DNA of 63,989 bases, the filler included, from Hausera hauseri (lineage: Eukaryota): the NCBI GenBank assembly GCA_046269625.1. It is 12 parts of 12 records of this genome, joined end to end, with 100 filler letters (N's around TTAATTAATTAA, not from the genome) between each part and the next. Parts side by side here need not be neighbours in the genome. Positions count along the whole stretch, not along the records: positions 33,763 to 40,611 come from JBJURY010058996.1; positions 40,712 to 46,382 come from JBJURY010209411.1; positions 46,483 to 50,526 come from JBJURY010798201.1; 9 more parts are not named here. One strand, 5' to 3'. Each line of letters opens with the position of its first letter. The first letter of the stretch is position 1. Of the stretch, positions 36,401 through 48,290 are shown piece after piece. The notes beneath the pieces were generated by a model. That model searched no databases. It was not told the DNA's origin and saw only the letters and a list, made by a program, of their open reading frames with translations. Position numbers and translations under genes: made by a program.

Positions 36401-37269
36401 TAATAACTGATCGACAAACGCGCAGGCAATGGTGAGCGGTTTCGTGACTCAGAACGGGTACGGTCAGCGGCAAACCTCCCCCCGTCGTGACAGAGACAAT
36501 TCGTTTAACTTATTGTTGATATTGTTGATTATTGCATGTAGTGCAATGTTTTCAGCACGTAGCTGATTGAGTTGTTGTTCTATGGATGTAGTATTTGATT
36601 GCATATCGTTAGTTGTGACTGGTGCTGAAACTACTGGTGGGGAATTTAAATGTAGGACATTGTGTGTCCTATTGGCCAATTCGGCTAATTTCTCAAGCGG
36701 CGTGTAGTCCCCCACCACGGTAAGGAGGGCCTGGATTTGGACAGGTAGCGCATTAAGAAAATAGTGACGTAGAAGATCTGGGTTGTGCTCCTTAGTGATG
36801 TCAAGAGTACGCAAGTGTGCTAACAAGGTGCGTAGGAAATCACTTGGTTTTTGTCCCCAGTGCATTTTCATTAAAGAAACGTTGCATTATGGAGTCAATT
36901 GAAGGTTTGGTCTGTTTTAATACAGCGTGGAATAATTGGGTATAAGGGTCAGGGTGTTGAAAGATGTCTAGCAAGTTATTTATTGAGGCTTTTCTGGAAT
37001 TTGGGAGATATAGTAATCTGCGGGCTTTAGATAAGGAGTCTTGATACTGTTGGACTGTAACCAGAGTTGATGGAAGTGAAGCCACGTTTTACTGGACTTT
37101 TCATTATCTATGAAGTATTCAGTGCAATGTAAAGTATGGACAGGATTTTTGTTTGAAGAATTTAAGTCGGTTAAAGTAGGTGGATGATTTGGTCTGGTGT
37201 AGTAGAGAATGGGTATTGGCTTTTTGTGGTTGTTGTATCCGTGGTATCAGTGATTGTCGGAGAGTTCAT

Positions 37270-37470
37270 TCCACCACGGATACGGAGATGTATGTTGAAG
37301 CAAGCGTGATTTGAAAAAGGTAAAGTTTCGTTGAGATGTATGATAGCGCCGTGATGGCTAAGATAGAAGTCTGAAGAACCAAGGAAAGAAATGCGGGTCT
37401 GAAGGGTGGGAATGTGTCTGTGTTATGTTGAGGGTATAAGTATGTTTATTGTTAAAAAAGAAAAAAATGG
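37270..37470 (-). pseudogene. Ubiquitin-like domain at the Gag N-terminus (copy B), one frameshift
   Basis: SIFFFFNNKHTYTLNIT / PTLQTRISFLGSSDFYLSHHGAIIHLNETLPFSNHACFNIHLRIRGG-M. LRIRGG lies at 37287-37270. Confidence 0.82.
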
Positions 37471-37502
37471 AAGTGGGCGCAGTGGTGGGCCTGGGGGTGT
37501 GA

Positions 37503-37671
37503 TGTGGGGCCGACGGCGAAGGCGCCTTCCGACCGACCGGCACAGGGTTGGCGGTCGGAACCTCCGCTCCAGCAGGGCGGGCACCAAAATGCAGGGTGCC
37601 CGAGTTTCCCCCAAAAGGTGCCGTCAATGTTGCTCGGCATTTCTGGGTTGCCGTCATATATTCCCCGCACA
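37503..37671 (-). repeat. Short GC-rich LTR of copy B (169 bp, TG...CA)
   Basis: Ends TGTGGGG / CCCCGCACA form imperfect inverted termini. Sharp GC contrast with the flanks. Confidence 0.7.
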
Positions 37672-37734
37672 AATTCCTCAATGCTCGATAATTGAATTCA
37701 AAATTCACGCTGCTCGACACGTTTTCGTCTTTCG

Positions 37735-38066
37735 AATCTTGTCAATACTGTCGATATTTCGTCGCAGTCATGACGCTTTCGACGGTACACAATGCAGGAA
37801 TCAATTGGGTTCGTATTATCCAAAGGCAATTTGGGATTTCCCAATGATTTCATCAGAAAATCAAACATGCGTTTCTCTGATTGTTCAATCAAATCGGTAA
37901 ATTGAACATCATGAAACAAATTATTCCGCAAAACCGGCATTTTAAACATGCGATGATTACAAAAACACAACGTACTCACAAAGTCCAATTCCACACGTCC
38001 AGTAGCAGTTGCTGTCAATGCCAAATACGGAACATCCTTCAATAGTTCCATTCAAAGTTTGCCCAA
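37735..38066 (-). pseudogene. RECQL5: RecQ5 helicase fragment (motif III to IV)
   Basis: LGKL*MELLKDVPYLALTATAT...FKMPVLRNNLFHDVQF...SCIVYRRKRHDCDEI parallels RECQL5 (CVALTATAT...RANLFYDVQF...CGIVYCRTR). Confidence 0.8.
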
Positions 38067-39400
38067 TTTCTTATCGAGTCGCTTGACGAAAATGTTTAGT
38101 ATCGATGGGAGATTTTCCCATTTCAAGTAGAACTCGTCAAGATTATCACAATACTTGAGGATACTGTTGATATCCTTCGTTTTTTGCGCAACATCTTTAA
38201 TCTGGCCGATCAATTTGGTCTGTCATGAGAAGCCGCTGTTGAATCCCAATCGACACTATTTTCCTGTGCAATTTGTTCAAAAGCCAAATTGATAATGTCA
38301 CAACACAGCGATTTCGTCAGCAATTTCCGCAATTGTTCCACAATAGAATCTTTGTGGATCTGGCAAATGCCCTTATCAAATAGACGAATTTTGTTCAGCG
38401 ACAAGGAAATGTCCGATTCCAATTTTCGACGCTCGGCTTCCATCTGCGCCATATCAACTGCCGTTTGTTGAACGATTGACTCGCATGCCGAACTGAATTT
38501 CATGTTCAATTCTTTTTCAATCAGTAAAAAAATTTCCGCGAATAATGTGTTGAAACATTGTCCCATTTGGACAGGAGAATGGTGACGGCTTCTTCATTTA
38601 ATGAGATTTGCAATTTGTCGAGGGAATCCGTCGGCAATCTACCGGATTTCTTATCGATGAGATATTTGCTTTTCACTGCTCCATATTTAACTTCTCTCCC
38701 GCGTTGGCCCCCACCTGATTTTGCTTTAAAAGTTTTGGAAAATGTTGAAGCAAAACTTGTTACTGTGGTCAAAATAAAATTCCGCCGATGACGATTCTAA
38801 CAAAGTAATAACTGTCCCTTTGCCGTTTGTCTTAACAAATTCATCGGATTTCTGTTGGATTATCTCATCAAAACTTGTAATGCATTTCTGAATAAAATCC
38901 CTGTACACGACGAAATGTGTGCCCAATAGTATTAAATTATCCACATTTTTATTGATTTAGAAATAAGCGCTTTCAAATCATCCAAATCCGTCATGGCGAA
39001 TAGAATTTGACTACAATCAACGAAAGTCCTCGATTCAGCAGCCTCATTAAATACCATTTCCAACTGAAGCGTATTGGATTCCGCAATGATACATGACGGC
39101 AATACCATAGAATCAGGAAATTCCGCGTCGACGCATTTATTGGGATTCTGAATGCCAACCTCAGACATGGTGGAAAAGTCCAAAATCCATTTTGTTCGTA
39201 CAATTTCTGAAGATAATTCCTTTGATTTTTCAAATAAATATCCGGAATACATTGTAATTTCTGTCCATCAAGTTTTCCATGCAACCGTTTCATTTCAATA
39301 AGATATTTCTGTACGAAGGAAATTACATTAACTGGTTTCTGACACCAATTTGTTGTATAAACTGCAACTTTCTTTAAAATGGTAAAAATACGCCAATTCG
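38067..39400 (-). pseudogene. UFL1: E3 UFM1-protein ligase 1 internal fragment, frameshifted
   Basis: RLHG..CIPDIYLKNQRNYLQKLYEQNGF, SGGGQRGREVK, NKIRLFDKGI...LTKSLCCDIINLAF, IFVKRLDKK are collinear with UFL1 (FVPDIY..QNGYLEF, GGGGNAREYK, NNIRLFEKGM, IMVKRGDKK). Confidence 0.85.
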
Positions 39401-39692
39401 AAATGAGGATAAAATTATCCCATAATATAAAAATCTGAAGAATAAATACTGCAATCACAAATTAAATTTCCACTCGATGTGTAAATATGATAATTTGTTA
39501 TAGCGAAGAAAATAATATACGATAACGTAGATGATTAAAAATTCCAAAATGGATGTAAATATCGATTTATTTCTAATTCATTCACAAAAAGTTCATAACA
39601 TAAATACAATATTTAAACAAAAGTCATTTTCCCTTTTAAATCTACTATAATGTAATTATCAACAGGTAAGCGTAAACCCACAAATGGATTTT

Positions 39693-40365
39693 TTAATCGA
39701 ATCGGAGCTTCTTAATATCGATAAAGTTCATTAAAGGTACAATGACGATATTTGTGTGTTTCTCATCCTTAATTAAATTATACATTTTCTCACATGTGTA
39801 TGACTGATCTCTAAAATCAACAAAAGGTGTCGTCGTTAATACGATTGTAGATTTTGGCAATGAAGGATTTTGACATCGTTTAAAATTAACGGAGATTTTC
39901 GATTTTTTCACTAACGTAAACTGAATCTTCAACTTTGATATTCGAGAATATTGAATTGTTAAAGTATTTCTCGTATCTCCCAGTGTTTTACGTTGTGAAA
40001 CTTTCTGAACAAGTGTAATTGAAAGCCATTTTCCAAACTGTTGCCTAACTCTTGTTATGATAATCGTAACATTCTTTACAATGCTTTCGGATTTTAAGTC
40101 TTTCGATTCTTCAATAAACATTAGGCTAAATTCTAGAATTGTAACCGTCTTGCCATTTAACAGATCTACTTGAATTTCATTAATTCCTATGTTTAATGTT
40201 GTTGCTTTCCACGGTTGTTTAAAATCATAGCGTAAATTCTTTATACCAACCGAGCTTAAAGCTGGAGCCGCAAGAAGTTTGGTGAGATTTTCATCCTTCA
40301 GTAAGTTATATACTTTGTTATATTTATAGTCTTCACCTTTAACTAATGAAATAGGAGTTGTTGAA
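39693..40365 (-). CDS. Unknown ORF with an internally duplicated segment
   Basis: TTP...YKYNKVYNLLKDENLT...IKNLRYD (about 40360-40225) recurs as TTP...YTCEKMYNLIKDEKHT...IKKLRFD (about 39835-39696). Confidence 0.4.
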
Positions 40366-40711
40366 ACGCTGGATTGCTTAAATCAGCCTTGAATACGAAA
40401 GAAAATGTGTAGCGAAATCTTTGAATTTATTCTAAATTTAACTTACTTTTTTCCTAAACGAAAATAAATAAATAAATAAATTATGAATAGTAAAAATGAC
40501 AGAATTAAAACAATTTCATGATCTTAAATTTATTCTGGAGGTGACATTCAAAAATCAACTGGTAATGCAGCAAAATATTTACGAAAATTCTTGAAAACTA
40601 AATATTGTAAANNNNNNNNNNNNNNNNNNNNNNNNNNNNNNNNNNNNNNNNNNNNTTAATTAATTAANNNNNNNNNNNNNNNNNNNNNNNNNNNNNNNNN
40701 NNNNNNNNNNN

Positions 40712-43700
40712 AAGCTTACTGAGCCTTCAATCGACTCCATCATTCAAAGGTTCTTCAACGATAACGCCATGGGCCTTCAGAAGCCTTCTGAATTCTTACG
40801 CACATCCTTGTCACATCTCAACACCCTTGGCATGACATCTGAGCATAGTCCAAAACTTATTCGTCGCTATTTTTTAAATGCATTGCCCCTTCAAATAAGA
40901 GCTTTGCTTACCGTGGTCGAAGACTCCAGGGCTCTGCACAAGCTAGCTGAAATGATAGATAAAGCATATGAAGTTCTGCACTCATGCACAACACCAACTG
41001 TCTCTGCAGCATTAAAAACAGACCAACAACAATAAAATGCAATGCTGCAGCAACAAATTGCGCAATTACCCACGGAAAATGAAAAGTTACAGAAGACAAT
41101 TAACAACATAAACGAAAAATTAAACGAATTAACGCTGCCTCGACGGGATTTTTAGGGCTGCTTCCCCTAATGTGTTTAATCAAGGTAAAAGACGGTCATC
41201 TTCGCCTGCGAGGTCATCTATTTGCTATTATCATAGCAAATTTGATAACAATGCTCAGAAATGCTGCATTGGTTGTAAATTTTACTCCCCCGATTTTAAT
41301 CGAAGCAACATCGTTTGCATCTATCACTCGAAATTTGGCACAAAAGCACAAAAATGCCTATTTGGCTGTACCGACAACACACACAATAAGACCAACACTA
41401 CTAAGCTCACGCAAAATAGTAGGCCAAACTCACCAGCTACAAAAAACTGATTTCGCCGCTAAGACACACGGCAAGTTCTAGCAAGGGCAATAATCTACAA
41501 AAAGCTGGCCGACACATTTCTTTTGCTGTATTCACGTTGGAAGCGACAGTTGTCACTCCAACAAAGCAAAACATTAATTTTCTCATAGACACCGGTGCAG
41601 CAATCTCTTTACTACCACCAACACAGCACATCCAAAACAATTTTGCTTCAAAAAAGCAACTGTTCACTGCGTGCGGTGAACCTTTACAAACTCTTGGAAT
41701 TAATTAATTAACTTTTACCGTAATAAATTTCCCAAACACATTTACCTGGAAATTCACAGTAGCCAATGTATGCACACCTATATTGGATTCAGACTTTCTG
41801 TCCCACTATAATTTACATGTATACTGCAAACGATGTTCTTTAAAGAGCAGGAATAACACTAATCAAATTAGCAGCATTTCAATGACCACCCGGCGACCGC
41901 TGCCAGCAAGTCAATACTAAAAAAACGACTTCCGATTTGAATTATTTTTATATTCATTCATTATATAGAAATTTGTATTACTGTAACAAATACGATATTG
42001 CCAACTGCGTGGCACCCACTTCTCATAGTACAGCTGCCAACACTATCTTCAACACGAACATCCTGCACCTAATACCACCCAGACACAACACCTCGTCTAC
42101 AACTCATACCTCAACTGCATCCATTCACGATGCATCGACACCATCTGAAAACTTTTCATCATTACCCTCTAACTTACAGCAATATATTTCGTCTTCCTGC
42201 ACGCGTCTGTTGCAAAAAAACAAATTATTCGTACCACCTAAATCCACCTTCCATCACATAGTTACAGCACATCAAAGACCAATACGTCAAAAGGTCCGCC
42301 CACTATCGCCTCTTCGCAGACAGGCAGTGGAGTCTGAGTTTCTCGAAATAGAAAGATCAGCAATATTTAGAAGATCCAAATCCCCTTGGTCTTCACCACT
42401 GCATGTGGTTCCAAAAAATGTCACCTTTCGCCCATACGGTGATTACCACCAACTCAACATCATAAGAACAATGGATGCCTACCCTCTGCCATTAATCAAC
42501 GATATCCTTCACAGGCTCCACCGTTCAACCATTTTTTCCTGCATTGATTTGCACAAAGCATACCACCAAATTCTGGTGGCCCAGCAGACATTCCGAAAAC
42601 GGCTGTCATTACATCTTTCGGCCCTTTCGAATACCTTTTCATATCTTTTGGACTCCGTAGCGCTTCCCAAACGTTCCAAAGGCATATCAATACAGTCCTA
42701 TCAGGTTTAGACTTCGCCTATCCCTATATAGATAATATCTTAATTGCATCATGTTCATCAAAACAACACTACATACACTTACGTTTGATCTTCCATCGTT
42801 TGCACCAAAACAATTTGCAAATCAATTTCTCCAAATGCCCCTTTTTTAACGTAAAATCAACTTCCTAGGACATGTTATTAGCTCTTCCGGACATTTACCT
42901 CTGCCAGAGCGCATCACACAGCTCAGAAACATATAGCTACCACCTACGTCAACAGAGATGCGTTCTTTCCTCGGAACCTTGCACTTTATTCATAAGCATA
43001 TTGCACACTGCGCCACTCTTGCCGCTCGATTTGCCTCACTAAGCTCTGGCAAGAAAAAACAACCTATTCAATGGACCGCCGAGCTAGTCAACCCTTTCGA
43101 TGACCTCAAATACAAATTAACAACCGTGGAAATCTGGGCCTATACCGACACCCATGAAGAACTCTTCTTAACTACGGATGCATCCACAATAGCTGCAGGT
43201 GCTGTCTTCCATCAGTTTAAAAATGGATCTTATGAGCCATTGTAATTCTTTTCTCGCAAATTCACGGCACAAGAGCAAAGATATTCCACCTTTGATAGGG
43301 ATCTTCTTGCAATGGTCCTTGGCGTAAAATACTTTAAGCATCTGCCAACCGCACGATCCTTTACATTGCAAACTGACCACAAGCCCTTGCTTCAAATTCT
43401 TACCATAAAATCGCCTTCTCCACGTAAGGAGAAAAAAACATCGTATTTTTCCACATTTAATTTTGAAATTAAGCACTTAAACGGAGTCGACAATTTAGTA
43501 TCTGACTTTTTGTCCCGATGGGTCAGCTCGACTAATTTTACACTAAGTTTCCCCCAATCCAAACTTAAAGAAAACCAGCTATCTCCTGACATCTTTAAAT
43601 CTTATAAATTGTTCAAAACCATCGACGGTGTGGCCTTTGACACCTCCAAACCTAATAATCCTAAAATCATTCTTTCAGAGTCGCTTCAGAAAGAAGCATT

Positions 43701-45766
43701 TAACAACTTCCATTTGTTGCATCATTCCGGCGCCAAGGCCACTTTTCGACTCTTACAACGCCAAGTAGTATGGCCGTCAATGCGCTCTGACGTGCAGGAT
43801 TGGATTAGGCAGTGTGTGGCATGCCAAAAACGCAAAGTTACTAAGCACTTAAAGCCACCACTATATCATTTTCCCTGCACATCTCGTTTTGAATCTGTTC
43901 CCATTCACCTGGTAAGCCCACTACCCATAGACAACGGCCATCAGTTTATCCTCATAATGATAGACCGTGCCTAGCCATGGCCAAAGGCTGTCCTGCTTCG
44001 CAGCGCCAACACATAAACCGCCGCAGACGTTTTCATCCGCACTTGGATCAGCAGATTTGGATCACCTCGCCACATCATTTCGGACCAAGGCCCACAGTTC
44101 GAATCCAACCTGTCTAAAGCTCCTGTCAATCGATTGGGAATTAACCACATTCATACGTCACCATATCATCCCCAATCAAGTGGCCTTTTTTAACGCTTTT
44201 ACCGAACGATGTAAACATCTCTCAAAATCCTTGCTGAAATCAATCACAGTTGGACTACACTCATTCCGTTCGTTCTGCTTGGCTGGCGGAACAAACTATC
44301 TACTTCTACAGGCTGTTCACCTGCAGAAGTATTATTTGGCACTTCTATCAGACCATTTTTAAGCTGACTGAGCTGGACAATATTTCTACAGACAAAACCA
44401 TACAAGCGACACAGAGATACTTCGTTGAGATCAGCAAAACTCATTTTGTAGACTATTACACGGAAATAAACCTTACATACCCGACGATTTATATACTGCC
44501 AAATTCGTATGGCTAAAGAATGAGACGCCGTGTGGGTTTCAACCTCAGTATGTTGGCCCTTACAACGTAATTCGTTTACACTCCCACAATATCATCATCC
44601 TCAAAGACGACAAAGAAGTAACAGTCCACATCAATAACGCCACACCGGCCTTCCTCATTGACGATACGTCTCCCATCGAAGTCACTTTGCCACCAACATC
44701 TTTGTACGACGCTCAGCAATCCAACAATTCAACTTCCATCTCTGCTCAATGTCTTAATCCACTTTCCCCTGTTTTCTCTCAAAACTTTCACTTCAGTTTC
44801 TTCTCACAATTCAGCTTCTTTCTCCCCACCCGATTTTGTACATTTAAGTCTTCCAACACCTCCTCCATCCCCTGGTAACAACCTGTTTTCTCCTCTTACA
44901 ATACATGCTCTATCATACACCATTTCGACTTTACCAATCTCTCCATCTACACCTTTTATCATTCCAACCTTTTGCATACCACCCTCCAACTATTTCCCTT
45001 TGCCTTCTTTATCTTATCGCTCTCTTTCGCCTTGTACCTCTTCACCTTTCTTTCTCTTTCTCTCTCCTTCTTCTTCTACACCTTCCTCATCTTCGGGGCT
45101 TTCCTTCTCCCTTTCTCTTCACACATCGCCTTCTACTCCTTTCATTTCCGCTTCGCAACTTTCTTCTCTATTTACTTTTATCCCTATCTCTCTTCCTTTC
45201 TCTACCACTACTTCTGTTTCAACTTTCACTTCCACTCTTTCACACAATTCCATTCCAACTTCTACTCCAACTCTTTTCTCTCTTTTATCCAACACTACAC
45301 ATTTTATCATTCCTCCATTTTCTAACTTTTTGAATACCCTTAACAATCCGTCTTCAACAATCTCTCTTCCTCCTTCACCTTCTTCTTCTCTTTATTCTGA
45401 CTCATCTTTGCACAACACAACACTCACAACAAAATCCGACAATTTTTTCTACAACTTCAAACTCTGCAAGCAAACACAGAGCATAAAACAAAACACGCAG
45501 TCACATTTAGCAAGTATAGCAGGAAAAAATCACTAGAAGGCACCCAACGTATCGTCCACACTAAGACCAACTGACACAGACACTGTTTCGTTTGAGCGAT
45601 TTTTTCTTCTTTCCGTCCATTTTGCTCTATATAGTTTCAGCTTTGCCACGGGGGGTGATGTAGTGGCCACGGAGGCCGGCGCCGTCTGCCCAATTTGGTT
45701 GGACACGTCCGGGTTTTCCGCTGCCGCCGCATCGGGCCCATAGGCGGGTCCCCATCTTCCACCTCG
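40712..45766 (+). mobile_element. CsRn1-like Ty3/Gypsy element (copy C): Gag, PR, RT, RH, IN, tail, PPT, terminal GC-rich segment
   Basis: Gag homologous to copy B, ICYYHSKFDNNAQKCCIGC and VCIYHSKFGTKAQKCLFGC, FLIDTGAAIS, SPWSSPLHVVPK, PYIDNIL, TTDAS, IN to about 44660, GGGGGGTGA at 45650-45658, then TG at 45659. Confidence 0.93.
41441..41482 (+). promoter_or_regulatory. -1 ribosomal frameshift signal at the gag/pol junction (A AAA AAC plus downstream structure)
   Basis: Slippery heptamer directly before the gag TGA. The -1 frame is open into the protease. The same arrangement is in copy B at 36190-36148 (minus strand). Confidence 0.85.
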
Positions 45767-45801
45767 AAAGAAATGTATTAGCTGTTTGGTTCTACTTAAT
45801 T

Positions 45802-46338
45802 ATGCATCGGATGCTTTTCTCGGAAATAAACGGTGATAAAAAGAAAGTATTACTAGTTTACATTGATTCTAAATTTAACGAATTTAATTCAATTACCGAT
45901 TATGTTAAAGCAGTATCACAGAATCCCTTAGTTTCATTTGAAAATCAGATTTGTGGAAAAGAAGAATTTGATGACTTATATTAACATTTAAACTTTGTTG
46001 GAATGATTGCACAAAAGCACTTAAATTTGTACAAAAATTATAAACTTTACAAGGACGGTAAAATCATATCAGTTAATTCTGAAGTTTTTGACAGCAAAAC
46101 TATGAAACAGCATTACGACAGTGTATTAAGAAATTTTGAAACAATTCCTCAAGAACCACCCACTGAAGAATGTGTGAAAAATTGGATTCTTCAGTACGTT
46201 GCACATTTCCATTTCATTTTATTTGAGGACCAAAGACGCCATGCGGAGGAATTGAAAATCAACATCAATAGTTTGAAGGAAAATTATATTTCAGATGACC
46301 AGGTAAATAATTCGCATTTTGTTAAAGTGAAATTGTAA
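45802..46338 (+). pseudogene. Unidentified coding fragment
   Basis: Two same-frame ORFs (45802-45984, 46003-46338) separated by one stop. Protein-like composition, no family recognised. Confidence 0.35.
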
Positions 46339-46482
46339 AGTGTGTCTGTATGAAAGTGACTATAATTCAATAACATGTATCGNNNNNNNNNNNNNNNNNN
46401 NNNNNNNNNNNNNNNNNNNNNNNNNNTTAATTAATTAANNNNNNNNNNNNNNNNNNNNNNNNNNNNNNNNNNNNNNNNNNNN

Positions 46483-48290
46483 GAAGAAATTTTACGAGTG
46501 AATTATTCGAGAGGATTACCAAATATTCGAAATCGAACGATTAACTACTATTGCGTATCACCCTCAGTGTAATGGAATGGTTGAACGAATGAATTCAACT
46601 GTCATACGCATACTATCAATAGTAGTAGCTAAGGACCAAAAAGATTGGGACGAATTTTTAGAAGGAACTCAATTTGTTATTAATACCACTCCACATCCGG
46701 CAACAGGATTTACGCCATTTTTCATGATGTATGGACGTGAAGCTGTTACCCACAGACTTAGGAATGACGCCGTACACGGTCAATTTCGAAGATTTAAAAC
46801 AAGACTTCGCAGACGTATTATAGACGCGCTTACAAAAATGTTGGGAAATAGCCAAGGAGCTATCCCAAGAATATCAAGAACAATTTAAAAAGCAATATGA
46901 TAAGGAAGCGAAACCGTATGATTTAGAACCAGGAAATTGGGTCTATGTACATTATCCAGTAGCGAATAAAGGCACATCATTAAAATTGTCTCGCACATGC
47001 AGAGGACCGTACGAAGTGACTAAAGTCACGCCAACTACGGTGTACATCAACAAGAATGGAAAGGAAGAAGTCGCGTCAGTACAAAGAGTTGTTAAGACAG
47101 AGATACGGCCCAATAAACGTTACAATTTACGTCAACGCGAGATAAAAACTTCCTCAGTAATTGCTAGACCGATATCATACGTTCAGATAGATTTAGCACT
47201 ATCGTTAATTGCTTTTTACATCCAAAGAATACAAACGCAATGGTGGGACGATGAAACTACGCTCGGAGACGTATATGGAACACGGAAGTGCGGACTAAAA
47301 GCGAAAAATATCACAGCAGAAAAGAAACCAACGGCCGAAGAGATCCAAAAACGAGAATACACTGTTCTGTTACAATCAATGAGAATCCGTTACTTTTCGC
47401 CTGACTCTGTGTGTTGGGTTTAAAGCTTAGAAACCACATTGCGATTTCGGAAGATTTCAAATTGTATTATACGATGTGGCAACAAAAGAAGTAAAAAATT
47501 GCGATTTTGAACCCGGATATTATACGCAGTGCTGCGACATAGATTTTGGACACGTTTACATCCTTACGTATCGACTATACTTACCAGACTCATCAGAAGT
47601 CTATATCGAAGTAAACCCACAACTTCAGTTGGTCATCCCGACTTGGCCTAGACGATTCGAAGTGAAATCCGAAGAAATGCTACAATCCACTGACCTAAAT
47701 ATAAAGATATTAGATGAAAATATCAAAGGGATCTCAGTAAACCAGGGTAAACAATCCATTCAAGTAGATGCTTGAACAGGATTAACTCTTAGTCAAGAAA
47801 TTAGTATTGTTTTAGAAGCAGTAGACGGAAAAACTCCGAACACAAAATACTGTTCCGTTCATGCCGGTGTTCAACACCCATGTTGTAAGTTACCAGTAAG
47901 CCAAGAATTCAAAATAAAATTTGACTTATATGAAGTAAGACCGAATAAACCTAGCAAACATTTGCGAACTTGTTACCCAAAGAATAGAATATGGAAGATT
48001 CCAGTAGAAACGACAACCGAAAAGCCGACTACTCGAGTTAGTGCCATTACGAGACCCGTTACCTCAAGCAGTGTGCCTAAAAGAGAATTAGAAAGTATAC
48101 ATATTAAATATTCGGCGCATCGATCTAATATTGTGTTTTTTGTAGAACGGTTTCCATCAGTCGATGGGTTTACCGCAATAGTATACGGTAACGTCGAGCT
48201 GAAGTCAAGAGAGAGATATGACAACTGGTATGGTAACACGTGACAAGAACTGAAACTAATGTGGTAAAACCAGAAAATGAATGACATCAC
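46483..48290 (+). mobile_element. Gypsy integrase C-terminal half fused to a signal-like segment and a Cys-containing ectodomain-like ORF
   Basis: Near-identical to 26550-27300 (VIRILS.VVAKDQKDWDEFLEG), GPYEV, KRYNLR, hydrophobic ISYVQIDLALSLIAFYI, then C..CC domains and TTTEKPTT. Confidence 0.82.

Larger units (their letters stand above)
33763..37671 (-). mobile_element. CsRn1-like Ty3/Gypsy element, 5' part (copy B): LTR, Ubl-Gag, PR, RT, RH, IN zinc finger
   Basis: Two CHCC-type Gag motifs, FLIDTGAAISLLP, YLFMPFSLRNAAQTFQR, PYVDDIL, TDASTTAVGAV, QTDHKPL, H...HSGAKAT...CVAC. Multiple frameshifts and stops. Confidence 0.93.

Noticed and set aside
44804-45346. Antisense E/K/V-rich ORFs in the element 3' region
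   Set aside because: They are short, are expected from the purine-rich strand and have no counterpart in copy D.
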